Assembly: GCA_022813865.1 (NCBI GenBank)
Contig: JALDZX010000043.1
Coordinates: forward strand, 1 to 64,000
Direction: 5' to 3'
DNA length: 64,000 bases
From: Xylographa opegraphella
Lineage: Eukaryota
Part shown: piece after piece, positions 24,455 to 36,491 of the stretch
Numbering within the stretch: position 1 is the stretch's first letter
Layout of the letters: each line of letters starts with the position of its first letter
The notes under the pieces: model-generated
Database searches by the model: none
Seen by the model: the letters and a program-made list of their open reading frames with translations, nothing else
Told to the model about the DNA's origin: nothing
Position numbers and translations under genes: made by a program

Positions 24455-25562
24455 ATGAAACATCGCTCGTGCGGCCTGCTGGCCGCCCTCATCCTGCTCG
24501 GTACCTGCACCTCGTCGGCGCAGGCGGCCCCGGAGTCCATCTCCCAATGGTTCGACAGCCTGATGCCCCCCAAGGGCCAGAGCATTGAAGACGAAATCGT
24601 CTGTTACAATCTTCCCTACGGCGCCATCGGCTTCGTCTCCCACCTGCTCACCTACTACACCATCACCTTGCTCTACCTCAAACGCTCCCCGTGGCTGCCA
24701 TGGAAGAGATTGACACACAGCAGCCTCGACAAGGTGCTGGCAACTCTGACCTTCCTCGCCACCATCATCCTGTCCCTGTTCACCATCGTCCGCTGCTCTC
24801 AGCGCTGGCCCTTCATTCTGGTCGCCATCTGGAAGCTTTTGCTGGCCCTCACCCTGTCATTCTGTGCCTGGGATGCCGCTCGCGTCTCGTCCCGAGAGAA
24901 GAAGTACCTGGCCGATGCGAATCGGAAAGGTGGGAAAAAGTCTCAATATGAGTACGACCGAGTCGAGACGGCGGAGCAGCACTACTCGCACACTGGCTAT
25001 CCCATGCATCCTCGGCCGACGTATAGCCCATCAGCCGAAACCGCGAAGCAAGCCGTGCTTGCATTTAGGACCAACGTCTCCTGGTGGTGGCTTTTCCTGT
25101 ACTGTCTCGGCATGACGATTGGGTTCGTCGGTTTGGTGTCTCTGGTGCTTTTGACGTGGGAAAATAAAGATGTACGCATTGTGACCTACGTCTTTGGAGG
25201 CGTGGCCGGAGCCGGAATATTGTTTACAATAGTCGTCGTGGCAGGCTGCTGCTATTGCGATGACGAGGAAGACGCGAAATCAGGGTGTGCCAAGTTCTGG
25301 AGTGTCGGCGCTTGGACCTTCGGTGGAGGACTGACGGTCTGTGTTGGATGTGTGATGGTGTTTGGGGCCTTCTATAGCGATTGGATCCTAGGCGCCATCG
25401 CTCATAACCTTGTCGGCGTTCCGGACTCAGGCGATGGGATCTCGTCCATCTTGTACTGGGTAAGCCTCCTCGCCTTTTCTGCAGTTTCTGCGTGCATGGC
25501 TAATATCGTACGATTCTCAGACCTGGTTTGGAGTGAAACGTTTGCCGTTTTTCGCCACATGA
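24455..25562 (+). CDS. Uncharacterised fungal multi-pass membrane protein with signal peptide
   Basis: Hydrophobic N-terminus, CYNLPYGAIGFVSHLLTYYT, several TM stretches, FYSDWILGAIAHNLVGVP. Intron 25460-25520, last exon TWFGVKRLPFFAT*. Confidence 0.8.
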
Positions 25563-26039
25563 ACTCACTTTAGATATGAAGAAATGATCGTCATGCTACG
25601 GCGTTCTTGGAAATTGCGTGGAATAGTTGCGAACGTCTCCATGCTCCGAGCAAGTTTGGCTGATATGAAGGATGCTGTGTTCCTCGTGAAGTCTCCATTG
25701 AGGCAACCGATAACTTTATATCTTTTATCGTAATTGCAGTCCCACCAAGAAGTAACATTGTTCATGGCCCATAATGGTTCCCTCGGTGCGTTTCAGTTAC
25801 CCGAGGTTAGTAGAGCTACATCCAAATGCAGGTACTCCCGATCAGCCATTGTCCTTTTCAAGGTTATGCCACGAAGATGTCTCTCCGTCCCTCGCCCACC
25901 ATTATTATCCCAGCTTCAAGGCCGTCCATCGCTCCTTGAACGTTCGTCCGCTTGTCTCGAGCTTGACCTATGTCAGTATTGAGGGCCTGTGTTGGGATCC
26001 TGGCTAATAAGAATATCTTGCCGTGAATAAGTCTATTAC

Positions 26040-27239
26040 TTACGGCTCCGTTGATTCACGACCTAGTAAAAAGTGCTTGTAATTCCTCGCCAGCTGTTTC
26101 ACCCCATCTTCGAGGGACCAGCCCTTAGTTTTACATATCAAGCGGACGATACCCTCGAGTAATCCATCCATACGCTGTCCTGCACAATGAAGGTCACTCT
26201 CAACGAGGATACGGTCATCGGGCACGGCTTTGATAGCCTCGATTGCCTTGACCGAGTCTGGATTGGAAAAATTGATTACTTGAGAAAAGGAGAAGAATAT
26301 GACGGCAGGAATGGAAGGATTGAGATACTGTTTGAGATGGCCTGAGGGACCGGAGTACGAATGCATACATATCTGTGGTGGGTATGGCTTGGGTGGCAGA
26401 TGGCCATCGTTCGACAGATCTGAGAGCTCATGATCGTGGGCTGCCGTGGCACTACCTCTTCGTTTCTGTAATCGCTTACTGATAACTTTTCGCTCGTGGC
26501 CTTGCCATGTCTCTTGTAGCGTCTCGAAGACAATGCCGTGGGCTGCGACGCCGTGGACAGATACCGCCCGGTCCAACTCGCCCGCAAGGTGGAGCTGAGC
26601 CTTGAATATCTTCCGCTGGTGGTTCATTTCGACGTGGTACGGGGACAGCTTCCTGCCATCTCTCGAGCCAGGGGTTAAGCCGGGCTCAGGCTCCTTTGCT
26701 TGGCCAGACCTGGTGCTTTCCGGTAACCGGAACGAGCGGTCAAGACCTATCTCTCCTACGAGGGCGATGGGATGTCTGAGCAGGTGCTGTTTGGTTGTGG
26801 CCAGCAAATCCGAAAGAGCTCGAGGTTCTGGCAAGCTCTGGATGAACGCCTCGTCCTCCGGAGATGGACTGATAACATTTCTGTAGTGCTGGACCTTATC
26901 GATTTCGGATGGTACCTGTGCAGTGCCTTCACTAATGTCATCGTAAATCTGATGCGAGAACCACGGATGCCAACCGAAGGCAGGCACTACCCTACACGAT
27001 ACGTTCTGGCTCCCCAAGCCGTCGCTGAATGCTTCTATACCAGCGGCCATCTCGTTGGCGGCCGAGAGAACCAGTTCCTGGTCTTGGGATCTTGTCGCCA
27101 TTATGGTCAAGGTCTTTGCTTTCATATACGGGATATCTTTCAGAGAGGATACAGTATCTGTCGGATGGCAGTGAGCGTCGAACACGCCAAGGTGCCAGGG
27201 GAATGGCTCCTTCTCCACATCGTCTTCATGTGTTGCCAT
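26040..27239 (-). CDS. SCN1: TatD-family nuclease (Cut9-interacting Scn1-like)
   Basis: FDAHCHPTD, PAFGWHPWF, VGEIGLD, VSVHGV, MHSYSG, ILVESDLH. Confidence 0.88.
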   Translation of the reverse strand: MATHEDDVEKEPFPWHLGVFDAHCHPTDTVSSLKDIPYMKAKTLTIMATRSQDQELVLSAANEMAAGIEAFSDGLGSQNVSCRVVPAFGWHPWFSHQIYDDISEGTAQVPSEIDKVQHYRNVISPSPEDEAFIQSLPEPRALSDLLATTKQHLLRHPIALVGEIGLDRSFRLPESTRSGQAKEPEPGLTPGSRDGRKLSPYHVEMNHQRKIFKAQLHLAGELDRAVSVHGVAAHGIVFETLQETWQGHERKVISKRLQKRRGSATAAHDHELSDLSNDGHLPPKPYPPQICMHSYSGPSGHLKQYLNPSIPAVIFFSFSQVINFSNPDSVKAIEAIKAVPDDRILVESDLHCAGQRMDGLLEGIVRLICKTKGWSLEDGVKQLARNYKHFLLGRESTEP

Positions 27240-27543
27240 TATAGAATGGCGGCAATGGCAAATCGTGATACCGCGAGCTCGCCTTCCGTAGAGGCTCATT
27301 GTTCAAATAGCTATTTTACGCGAACGATGAAGTCATCCGAAGATAGGTCCTAGCCCTGTCATGGGCGTTCGGACCCTCCGTCACATGCAAATCACACTGT
27401 CGCTGTTCACGGCTCCAGCAATATCTGCGTTTCACTGCGTGTAGGCCTCACTCCTGTTTCGCTCGCTGATTCTGCTCAAGACTGTAATGCTCTGCGATGG
27501 CGACACCTTTGACATCTGTCCTATATAATAACTGTCCCCATCA

Positions 27544-28281
27544 ATGTCGATATTCCTTTCCATCGTGCTCACGCCCTTCATCCTCCTTGTTTCAGTTCCC
27601 CTCTTCATCTTCGCCGTCATCACCACGAGCCTCGCATTCTCGACTCTATTTCTCCGGGTCTTGATTGTCTATGTCGAGCTCGCCGTTGTCGTCGTGCATA
27701 ACCACTTCTCCCTTCCACCCCCACCCAGAAAGGAAGCTTCACTCTCCCGCAAGAAGTCCGGACGCAGCATTGCAGGCTCTCGTTCCTCGTCAGGCTCCTT
27801 GACGCCGAAGCTCCCCGTCCCCGATAGCGGCATCTATCCTGCCACGCCGCTCGCTCGCGACTTCGAAGGCGTTGGCGGTTGGCGCTTCCCCGACGATGGA
27901 GACGATGACTCCGAAGCACTTTGGACCGGCATGAACGCGCGGCTCGAGCTTCCAGCGCTCGCGAGCCTAGGAAGCGAACTCAAGGCGAAACATGAGCGAA
28001 GCCTGACAACGGGGGCGCTTATCGGCGATCGGCTGGCGAAAGGGATGATTTCCCAGAGACCGAGACCCGTCTCGGCGTTTGTGAGCGGTACAACAAGTCC
28101 TGAAGAGGTCTTTGCAGGAGCACGGGCCAGCCGTAGCGCCGCTGATCTAGGTGAAGAAGGGAGGGGGGGCCTGGGATTGGGTATGAATATGGGGAAAGCG
28201 CGAATAAGGCACAGGAAGAGCTCGAGTAGCTCAACGGGTAGTTCAGGAAGGACGATACAGACTCTGGGGATGACGGGATGA
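27544..28281 (+). CDS. Hypothetical protein, hydrophobic N-terminus and low-complexity tail
   Basis: 245-aa ORF with PLFIFAVITTSLAFSTLFLRVLIVYVEL and RDFEGVGGWR...W.GMNARLELPA, which look like conserved motifs. Confidence 0.7.
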   Translation: MSIFLSIVLTPFILLVSVPLFIFAVITTSLAFSTLFLRVLIVYVELAVVVVHNHFSLPPPPRKEASLSRKKSGRSIAGSRSSSGSLTPKLPVPDSGIYPATPLARDFEGVGGWRFPDDGDDDSEALWTGMNARLELPALASLGSELKAKHERSLTTGALIGDRLAKGMISQRPRPVSAFVSGTTSPEEVFAGARASRSAADLGEEGRGGLGLGMNMGKARIRHRKSSSSSTGSSGRTIQTLGMTG

Positions 28282-28629
28282 CGAAAAGTGGATGCATTGA
28301 GCGACATCGGTACGCGTGCGGGAATGGAAGTACAACCGGTTCTGTTCCACCGTTGGTATCCCAAAGAGCGGTTAGGTAAAGTACGGATAAAGTAAGGGTT
28401 TTGTAGAATTTTTGGCGCAGGAAGGAAGGGGAAATGTCGGGAAATGGGTTGATAATGAATTTCGGCGGATACTGACCCGACATTGGGCCTACTGATGGGC
28501 GGAACTCATATACTTGACGAATTATATTGACCCGTTGAATAACTACAACCACCGAAAAATCACATATCAACTATCTGGCTCATATTTTACTGATCTTTAA
28601 TATTTACAACGACGAATCCAACCCATCCT

Positions 28630-29771
28630 TCAAGCGCTCTTCAGTTTCTCCGTCATCTCCGGGACCTTCTCGAAGAGGTCTCCAACGAGGCCCACATCCG
28701 CGACCTGGAAAATTGGCGCATCTCCATCCTTGTTGATTGCGGCGATCACCTTGCTGTCTTTCATACCAGCCAAATGCTGAATCGCTCCCGAGATGCCGAC
28801 AGAAAGGTACAGTTGTGGCGCAACGTTCTTGCCCGTCTGTCCAACTTGCAGACTATTATCTGCAAAGCCGCTGTCAACCGCCGCGCGCGATGCTCCAATC
28901 GCAGCCCCTAACGCGTCTGCTAGCGGCGGCATAATGCTGTCAAATTGTTCTTTCGACTTCAAGCCCCTTCCACCAGAGACTACCTTTCCAGCAGTAGCCA
29001 AATCAGGTCTGTCTGACGTCGCAAGGCTCTCTGAAACCCATTCGGTAGGGCAGGCTGCGTTGGAATCAACGCCTTCGGCGATCTCGGCGGACCCATCTCC
29101 AAATTCAGCCGCCGCAAAGGCGGTCCCCCTGATTGTTATAATTTTGATCGCGTCGGAGGATTGGACGGTCAGGATTGCGTTTCCAGCATATATTGGTCGA
29201 ACGAACGCTGGATCCGACTTAGATCGTGAAAATAGTATAGCTGAAGTACTCACTGTCTTCACTCTCGATAGCGGTTATGTCTGATATCTGCTGAACATCC
29301 AGAAGAGCGGCTACTCTGGGCATCAAGTTCTTTCCGAAGGCAGAGTGCCCCGCAATGATATGTGTAAACCCTCCTTTCTTGATGTTCTCGACCAGTAGAG
29401 GTGCGTAGTTTTCTGGCAGACCCTATCAACGTGGGTGAGACAAGCACCTTCACAGCATCCGCAAGCCAAGAGAACTATACTTTGTCATATGCACCGTTTT
29501 CCACCGCGATGATCTTGTCCAATCCATTAGCCTTGGATGCCTCTGCAGCAACGGCTTTGATATTGCTCCCGGCGATAAAACCAGTCACTGGACCACCGAG
29601 CTTCTGAGCAGCGGTGACTGAGCTGAGTGACGCAGGCTGTAGTTTTCCCACGCGTTGCTCGAGAATTGCGAGCGTTGATAGAAGTTGGGAGCGGAGGAAT
29701 TGCTGGGCCCGGGGATGTCGATTTGCCAATCTTAGCTGCCTTGCAGCAGCTTGCCGAACGGTCAGATACAT
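28630..29771 (-). CDS. ETFA: Electron transfer flavoprotein alpha subunit, mitochondrial
   Basis: [57 protein letters not shown]; Arg-rich presequence; two introns. Confidence 0.96.
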
Positions 29772-30144
29772 TCCGAAGACACGAGACTATTCGGAACCAC
29801 AATCTTAAACACCCTCCGGGATTCCACAGATTACTTCGTATCGCTCGCTGGTGGTTTGTAAGGAGGCAATTAGCATTGGTTTTGCGGGGGATCATCAACG
29901 GTTGTGGTGGGTCCCAAGCTAGGCCGAAAAGAGCTTAAAATTCTGGCATATGACCGCAACTTATCGGCTGTCCGAAGCCCTATCTGCCATCTTGGTTTTG
30001 ATAGCACCGACCATCATTCCAGCTGCGGAGGTCGGGCATCCTTCCACCTGGGCTTTGCGAGAACCGCTGGAAGATTTTTGCCTTCCTGAGCACAAAGTAC
30101 TTAATGGGTTCACGATAGGCTCGGCGGAGCTCAATTGGATATAC

Positions 30145-32161
30145 AATGGCACCAAGGTCCAGAGAGTGGATGCGGAAGGTGTCTGTCATCGCTGCAACGA
30201 TCACATCGCTGGCATGTGGCACCAATGTAAGAATCTTCTAATGTTATATGCTAGTTGCTCACGTTCGACAGTACATCTACTCAGCATGGGGACCGCAATT
30301 CGCCTCGAAGTTGAACCTATCATCTACACAGAGCAACCTTATCGTGAGGACCCTAGTCCAGTCGTTGATGTTTTCTCACGTTACAAGGGTGTCTCTGGGA
30401 ATCTTGGCATGTATGCCAGTGGAATACCCATTGGGTTGCTGGTGGATGCCAAAGGTCCTAAACCAGGAGTATATCTGGGGTGCGCAATGTTGGGTATAGG
30501 ATATTTTGCCCTGTATAGCGGTTCGTCCTCTTCGTCTTTCAACGAAGCGAGTCTCATCATTCATCAGCATATAATGATGGGCCGGGGGTTACTGGTATGC
30601 CATGGCTCTGCTTATCTGGCTTTTTAACCGGAGCCGGAGGTTGCGCAGCGTTCTCGGCCTCGATCAAGACATGTGAGTATGTCTCCTTGCTCAGCTGTCA
30701 TGCCTAATCGTTGATAGCTGCGCTCAACTGGCCGACTCATCGGGGAACCGCCACAGCATTTCCTCTCTCGGCCTTTGGGCTGAGCGCCTTTTTCTTCTCG
30801 TCCATTTCGACAGTGGCTTTCCCGGACAATACGTCACGCTTTCTTCTGATGCTCGCGATTGGGACTTTTGGCATGACTTTCATATCTTCATTCTTCCTTC
30901 GAGTGATTCCGCCTCCATCTACGTATTCCGCAGTCTCTTCGGACGAGTACAGGGGCGGGCTCCGATCGAGTCGACTGCACCGCTCCCGATCTGGAGATAG
31001 CAAACACGGAGCCATACGCGAGCCATCAGAACCAGGTATGCATCATGCAGCTCCCAATGGCTCGTTCCCCTTATCCAGGAGCGAATCCGAGAATGCCAAG
31101 ACTCATCTGAGCGTTCCCGACCTCCCTAACACGGAAGCAGATGAGACATCCTCGCTAATGTCGAAATCTTCCGTTTCGGGTGCTGGGGATCTCGAAGAGA
31201 ATGGCGAGAGCACGGCTCACGATCCACATCATCTAGATATACGAGGAATGGCTCTACTTCCCAAAATAGAATTTTGGGAACTCTTTATCCTATTAGGCCT
31301 ATTGACAGGCATTGGATTGATGACAATCAAGTGTGTTTCTTTCATCGTAACCCTCACTCTGCATTTACTGATTGGCACTATAGTAATATCGGCAACGACG
31401 TAAGTATTTTTTGATGGCTCGGTGTCGCATCCTCTGACCTGAAGTAGGCACAAGCATTGTGGAGTCACTACGATAACAGTGTTACTCCAGGCTGGATACA
31501 AAGACGTCAATTAATACACGTGTCCATAATATCGGTTCTGAGCTTTACCGGTCGGCTTCTCAGTGGTCTGTCTGGACTTATCCTAAAATTGAACAATTTG
31601 CTCAAATTTTTGAATAGGCATCGGCTCTGATCTTATTGTAAAGAAGCTTCACATGAGTCGTTACTGGTGTTTATTTATTTCGAGTGGGCTCTTCTGTGCC
31701 GCCCAGCTTTGCGGTGCCCGTATCGAAAATCCGAATCAGCTTGTCTACGTGTCCGGGACAACAGGACGTAAGTAATGCCACAAGCACACATCCTGCACTA
31801 CTCACAAATCCCTGCAGTGGCATATGGCTTTCTCTTCGGTTGTTACCCTTCAATAGTGGCAGAGACGTTTGGTGTTCACGGGCTCTCTCAAAATTGGGGT
31901 TGTATGACCTTATCGCCGGTCCTCTCCGGCTACATCTTCAACCTCATCTATGGGAAAATATATGATGATCATTCAACAATCACGCCTGACGGGCGACGGG
32001 TCTGTCCAGATGGGTTGGGATGCTACCGCAATGCTTATTGGGTCACCTTCGGAGCCAGTGTGGCGGGCGTGATTATCAGCTTGTGGAGCATCAGGTATCA
32101 CCACGTCATCAAGCTGAAACAGGAGCGGAGGGAATTGGAGGAAGAGAGCCGAGAGGCTTAG
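30145..32161 (+). CDS. MCH1: MCH1/nodulin-like MFS transporter (multi-exon)
   Basis: SLACGTN|YSAWGPQFASKLNLSSTQSNLI, AALNWPTHRGTATAFPLSAFGLSAFFF, GIGLMTI|NIGND, AYGFLFGCYPSIVAETFGVHGLSQNWG. Confidence 0.88.
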
Positions 32162-32245
32162 TGTGCAGCTGCGGTTCTTGCCCTTTGCCTGTTCACATTG
32201 ACGACATCAAGCATAGATTATAGACTTAAAAATGACCTTGATATT

Positions 32246-33888
32246 TCAGCGAAGAAGATTGAGCATTTCTGGAATACTGGTGAACTTTTCACGCTCCTTG
32301 CCCCTGATCTGGCCGCGCCTTCTCTCTTCCGCGTCGATCGTTTGCCAATCCTCCCAGCTTACTGTCTGCCGAGATCGAATCGCAGCCTCCGTTTTGAGGG
32401 AATCCCAGCCCCCTTTGATGGGTTCAGTAACGTTGCTATCGCGCAAAGATATGCCCCCCTCCCAGTCCCCGGCAATGGCTTCAGCGGACGCAAAAGCATC
32501 GTCCATCGTCGTCGCAATCACACCCGTAGGCCCGTTCTTGACCCACCCGGTACAGTACATGCCTGGGATATAGGTGACCGGACCCTCCGCTCCGAGGGAC
32601 GAAGCCACGATGCGCCCGTTCGACGCGGTGGGGATGGTCCCTGTCGAGTCGTCGAAGGGGATGCCGAGCTGCTTCATGCCGGGCAGAGCTTCGGATTTGT
32701 AGCCGATGCTGCGGAAAGCCAGCGACGTGGACATCGTGGTCGTTTCGCCCGTCGGCTGTACTTTGGCGCTGGGGTCGGAGTGGTCGGGCGATTGGAAGGC
32801 TGTTTTGGCGAAGGTCATCGCGGTGAGTCGGGTGCTGTTGTGAGGGGGGGGGCCGCCGACGAAGGAGGTTGGCGATTGGAGGAAGTCGAGCGACCATGAT
32901 TTTTGCGCGGGTGGGGATGGAGTGTTGGAGGAGCCTTTCATGAGGAGTTGGGTGAGGCGCTTTTGCACGCGTGGTAGCTTGGTCGGGTCGCGTGGGAACA
33001 GGGAGCTGTCGATGGGCTCGAAGGCGACTCCCTCGAGCGTCATCAGCTCTCGGATCTCCTTGATGGTGAAGGATGCCTGCATGGGGCCTCTGCGACCGAC
33101 AATGCGGACACGCTTGACTTTGCTCGCGCTCAGAGCCGCGAGGGCGCGCTCCGTGATGTCCGTTTTGCGGAGGCGGTCCACGTCGCTGAGGAGGGTGCGA
33201 GCGATGTCCAGCGCGACGTTTCCCTGGCCGATGATGATGGCTTCCTCGCCGAGGTCGAGGCGCGGGGACAGATTGGCGTATTCGGGAAGGCCGTTGTACC
33301 AGCCGACGAAACCGCGGGCGGAGTAGATGCCCTCGAGCTGGTCCTCGCCAGGAATGCCCAGGCGACGGTCTTGCGAAGCGCCGTAGGCGAAGAGGATGGC
33401 GTTGTAGTGTGGAAGCATGGACGGCAGGGGTAGATCGTTGCCGATGTCTAGGTTGCCAATGAAGTTGAATCGAGGAGAGCTGGCCACGTCCGTGAACTTG
33501 TCCTGGCAGTTCTAGAGATAGGATATTGTGTCAGCCAACTGGCAGCGTTCCGCATATACCGTCGTCCTTCGTAGAGCGCTGGAGAGTCGCAAACCTTGAC
33601 CTCTGGATGGTCCGGCGCAACGCCAAACCTCACCAGTCCATAGGGCACCGGCAGCCTCTCATACATGTCGACGACCGCATTCTCGATCCGGGACATCACC
33701 CTGTAAGCAGCGTAGAAGCCGGCTGGGCCGGAGCCGATGATGGCGAGGCGAAACGGTGGTCGATTGTGCACGACATGGTGATTGTGTCGTTTTGAAAGGT
33801 GGAGAAGTGGTGACCAGACCGGTAGCAGAGGCCGTCGATGGCCTCCAAGGCGTCTGTGGCATACGGCGGCGGCATCTCGAAGGATCAT
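32246..33888 (-). CDS. ARH1: NADPH:adrenodoxin oxidoreductase, mitochondrial
   Basis: IIGSGPAGFYAA, PYGLVRFGVAPDHPEVK, IIGQGNVALDIAR, VGRRGP, GWVKNGPTGVIATT, GKEREKF; one intron. Start may be 33939. Confidence 0.94.
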
Positions 33889-34104
33889 TGAGAGATCATA
33901 GGGCCTTGAAATTCGCCGTTCCGATGACAGAAACTCCATGTGGCGTTAGCGTCCGATTGTTGCCCGGCCAATGTTATCCACTGATTACCGCTGTCTCAAC
34001 CCAATACGCAACCCTACGATAACAGATTGCTTGCTTTCACATCTCCGTGTATATACTCTCTCGCAAGAGCCTGTTCCTCGTTCATCCATCTCATTATCGT
34101 GAAC

Positions 34105-35702
34105 ATGGGCGTTGATCGGCCATTCCTCTACGACCGCCCATCGCGATACTCCTTCACCGGGCCCACGGACAAAGGCTTCAATCCCAAAGCCGTGTCGCAC
34201 GCCAGCTGGACATCTCGTCCAGCGCCCCAGAAACGCGATGGCCCACTTATCAACTCCCAAGAGCTCAACCGGCATCCGGACTCTTACTTTATCGTGTACG
34301 GTTGTCCTTCGATTGCTTCGACCTAGCACGCACATATACTGACGCCTTAGTTTGCTTCAAGACCGTACGGACAGTTGGACTGGAAACCGTTGAGCCGGAA
34401 TACGAAAGACAAGGTCAATTGGACGCGGCGAGTGCTACGGCTGTTCCGCGTCTGCGCTCTGCTCGCAGCAGCTGGTCTGCTGGTGTGTGTCATTTGTGTC
34501 AAAGGCACGGACAGCACGCTCGGATGGATCATCAGGATCGCAGTACGGAACCACCCCCCGACTCTGGTCTTCAAGCAGACGCTGATGGTATGTGACAGCC
34601 GGGCCTTGCGATCCTCCACACCGTGTACGCGATATACCACCTCATGCGATCCTCGAAAGACAGAACGCCCTCGTCGTCGGCCAGCTACATGCTATTCGCG
34701 GCCATCGTCGACGCCGGGCTCATCCCGTTCTTCGTCTTCACGGCCATGATGGCGCGGGCGCAGAACACGGAGCCCAGCGACAGCGCGGGCCACTGGGGCA
34801 CACTGTTCGGCAACGACGCGGCCACGGCGAAGATCATCTTGTCCACCTTCCTGCTGAGCGTCGTCGGCGGCGCGCTGCTCCTCCTCTCGCTCTGCATCTC
34901 CGTCTACCTGGCCGTCATGTTCCGCAAGATCGCCAAGCTGCCGCCGGACATGAACCCGCTGGAGGACAACCTCACGTCGCGGCACAAGCGCAACAAGTCG
35001 TCCGTCTCGGCGCCGCTGATGGAGTTCACGGACCGGGAGAAACACCTGTCCGCGCCGCTGACGGATAGCCCGCGAGCGGTCCCCTTTCTGCACACGAGGA
35101 CCGATTCCTCCGACAGCCAGACCACGTCCCACCGCCGGCCCGGCACCGACAACCGCTCGTCCACGACCGACCTATCCGCATATCAGCACCACCACCCGTC
35201 CTCGAACCACTCGTGCCGCGCCACCCTATCCGCACCCCCAAACAGCACCCCACCCCACCCCGCCCCCTCCAGCACGTCCTCCCAACCGCCCACCTCCAAT
35301 CGCTCCTCACGCACCAACTTCTCGCGCCCCATCGACCCCACCACCACCACCACGCTCCCCTCCCCCCCCTCACTCCCTCACCACCCGCTCAAAACCTATG
35401 ACTTCACCAACACGCCCCCTCGCCCGCTCATGATGAACCCGCCGACGCCGCCGCCCGCCACCTCGCGCGCGCTGCAGCCCGCCAACGGCAACGGCCGGCC
35501 GCGCGCGCACGCCCGCGGCGATAGTTTCGGCATCGTGGGCGATAAGGCGCGGTTTTATGGGAGTTTGTATGCCGGGCAGGGGCAGGGGATGGGGAGGGTG
35601 GTTAGTTCGGGGAGATGGGCTGCGGGGGAGGGGATGGGGATGAGGGTCCGCGGGGTGAGCGGGAAGGTGGCGGAGGAGGGGAGGGCGAATTGTCAGTTCT
35701 GA
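34105..35702 (+). CDS. Fungal membrane protein (about 4 TM, MARVEL-like layout) with P/S/T-rich tail
   Basis: Exons MGVDRPFLYD...FNPKAVS...NRHPDSYFIV | PYG...LRLFRVCALLAA | ...PSSSASYMLFAAIVDAGLIPFF...FRKIAKLPPDMNPLEDNLTSRH. Confidence 0.75.
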
Positions 35703-36491
35703 AGAGGGGGCGTAAAGGGGAGGGGGATGGGGATGGGAGGGGGGGGGAATGAATCAGCAGGTACGCCGACGTGCTGGGGCGTATTTGTACGTTCTGCACA
35801 TGTCGTGTATGTACTTCAGCCTCCCTCTGTGATCGGATGGTCCTTTTGTTCCGGTCGGTTGAACCCTCCGTTGATTCCCAGGGGTGAAGTGGGGGGGGGT
35901 GGGTTGGGATATAAGATGCAATGCACGCATGTATGTATGTAAGTATGTATGTACGGATCTACGTAGCATTGAGCCAAAAAACGAAAAAAGGGGATTTCAA
36001 GCGACTTATATATTACATCCGTAACCACCTACGCGGAAAAACCCACACCCATTTTCACAAGAGAAACACAACAACAGAACAACACACAACCCCACACTCC
36101 TCCAAAAAAAAAACTCGAACCAGACCAAAGTATTATATATTATACTGCGCGCCGCACCAGAACGACGAAGCGGATCTATGTCTATCTATAGGGTGTAAAG
36201 GGTAAAAAAAAAAAACACGTGCACTAATATACCGATTGAATTCACCGCGCGGGAGGCTTCCCCATACCAACCCAACACGCGGCATCCTTTGCTGTTCATT
36301 TCGAGTGCCGGCCCTGCGCAGGGCCACAAGGTAGTTGCGCCTAGATGGCGAGTTCGTGGGGAGGGGGAGAAAGGGGGGGGGGGGGGTTGAGGACGATGTT
36401 GCGTGCACCAGGGCTGGACTCGGCATCTGTGCTCTGATCGTAGGGTGAGGCGCGTCGGCAGCGCCGGCGTCTCGCTCAGGTGGCGCTCTCC

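Noticed and set aside
32198..33326. Long antisense ORFs over ARH1 (also over IRC3, BST1, GPH1, the PKS and the TF)
   Set aside because: Shadow ORFs caused by GC-rich codon usage on the coding strand.
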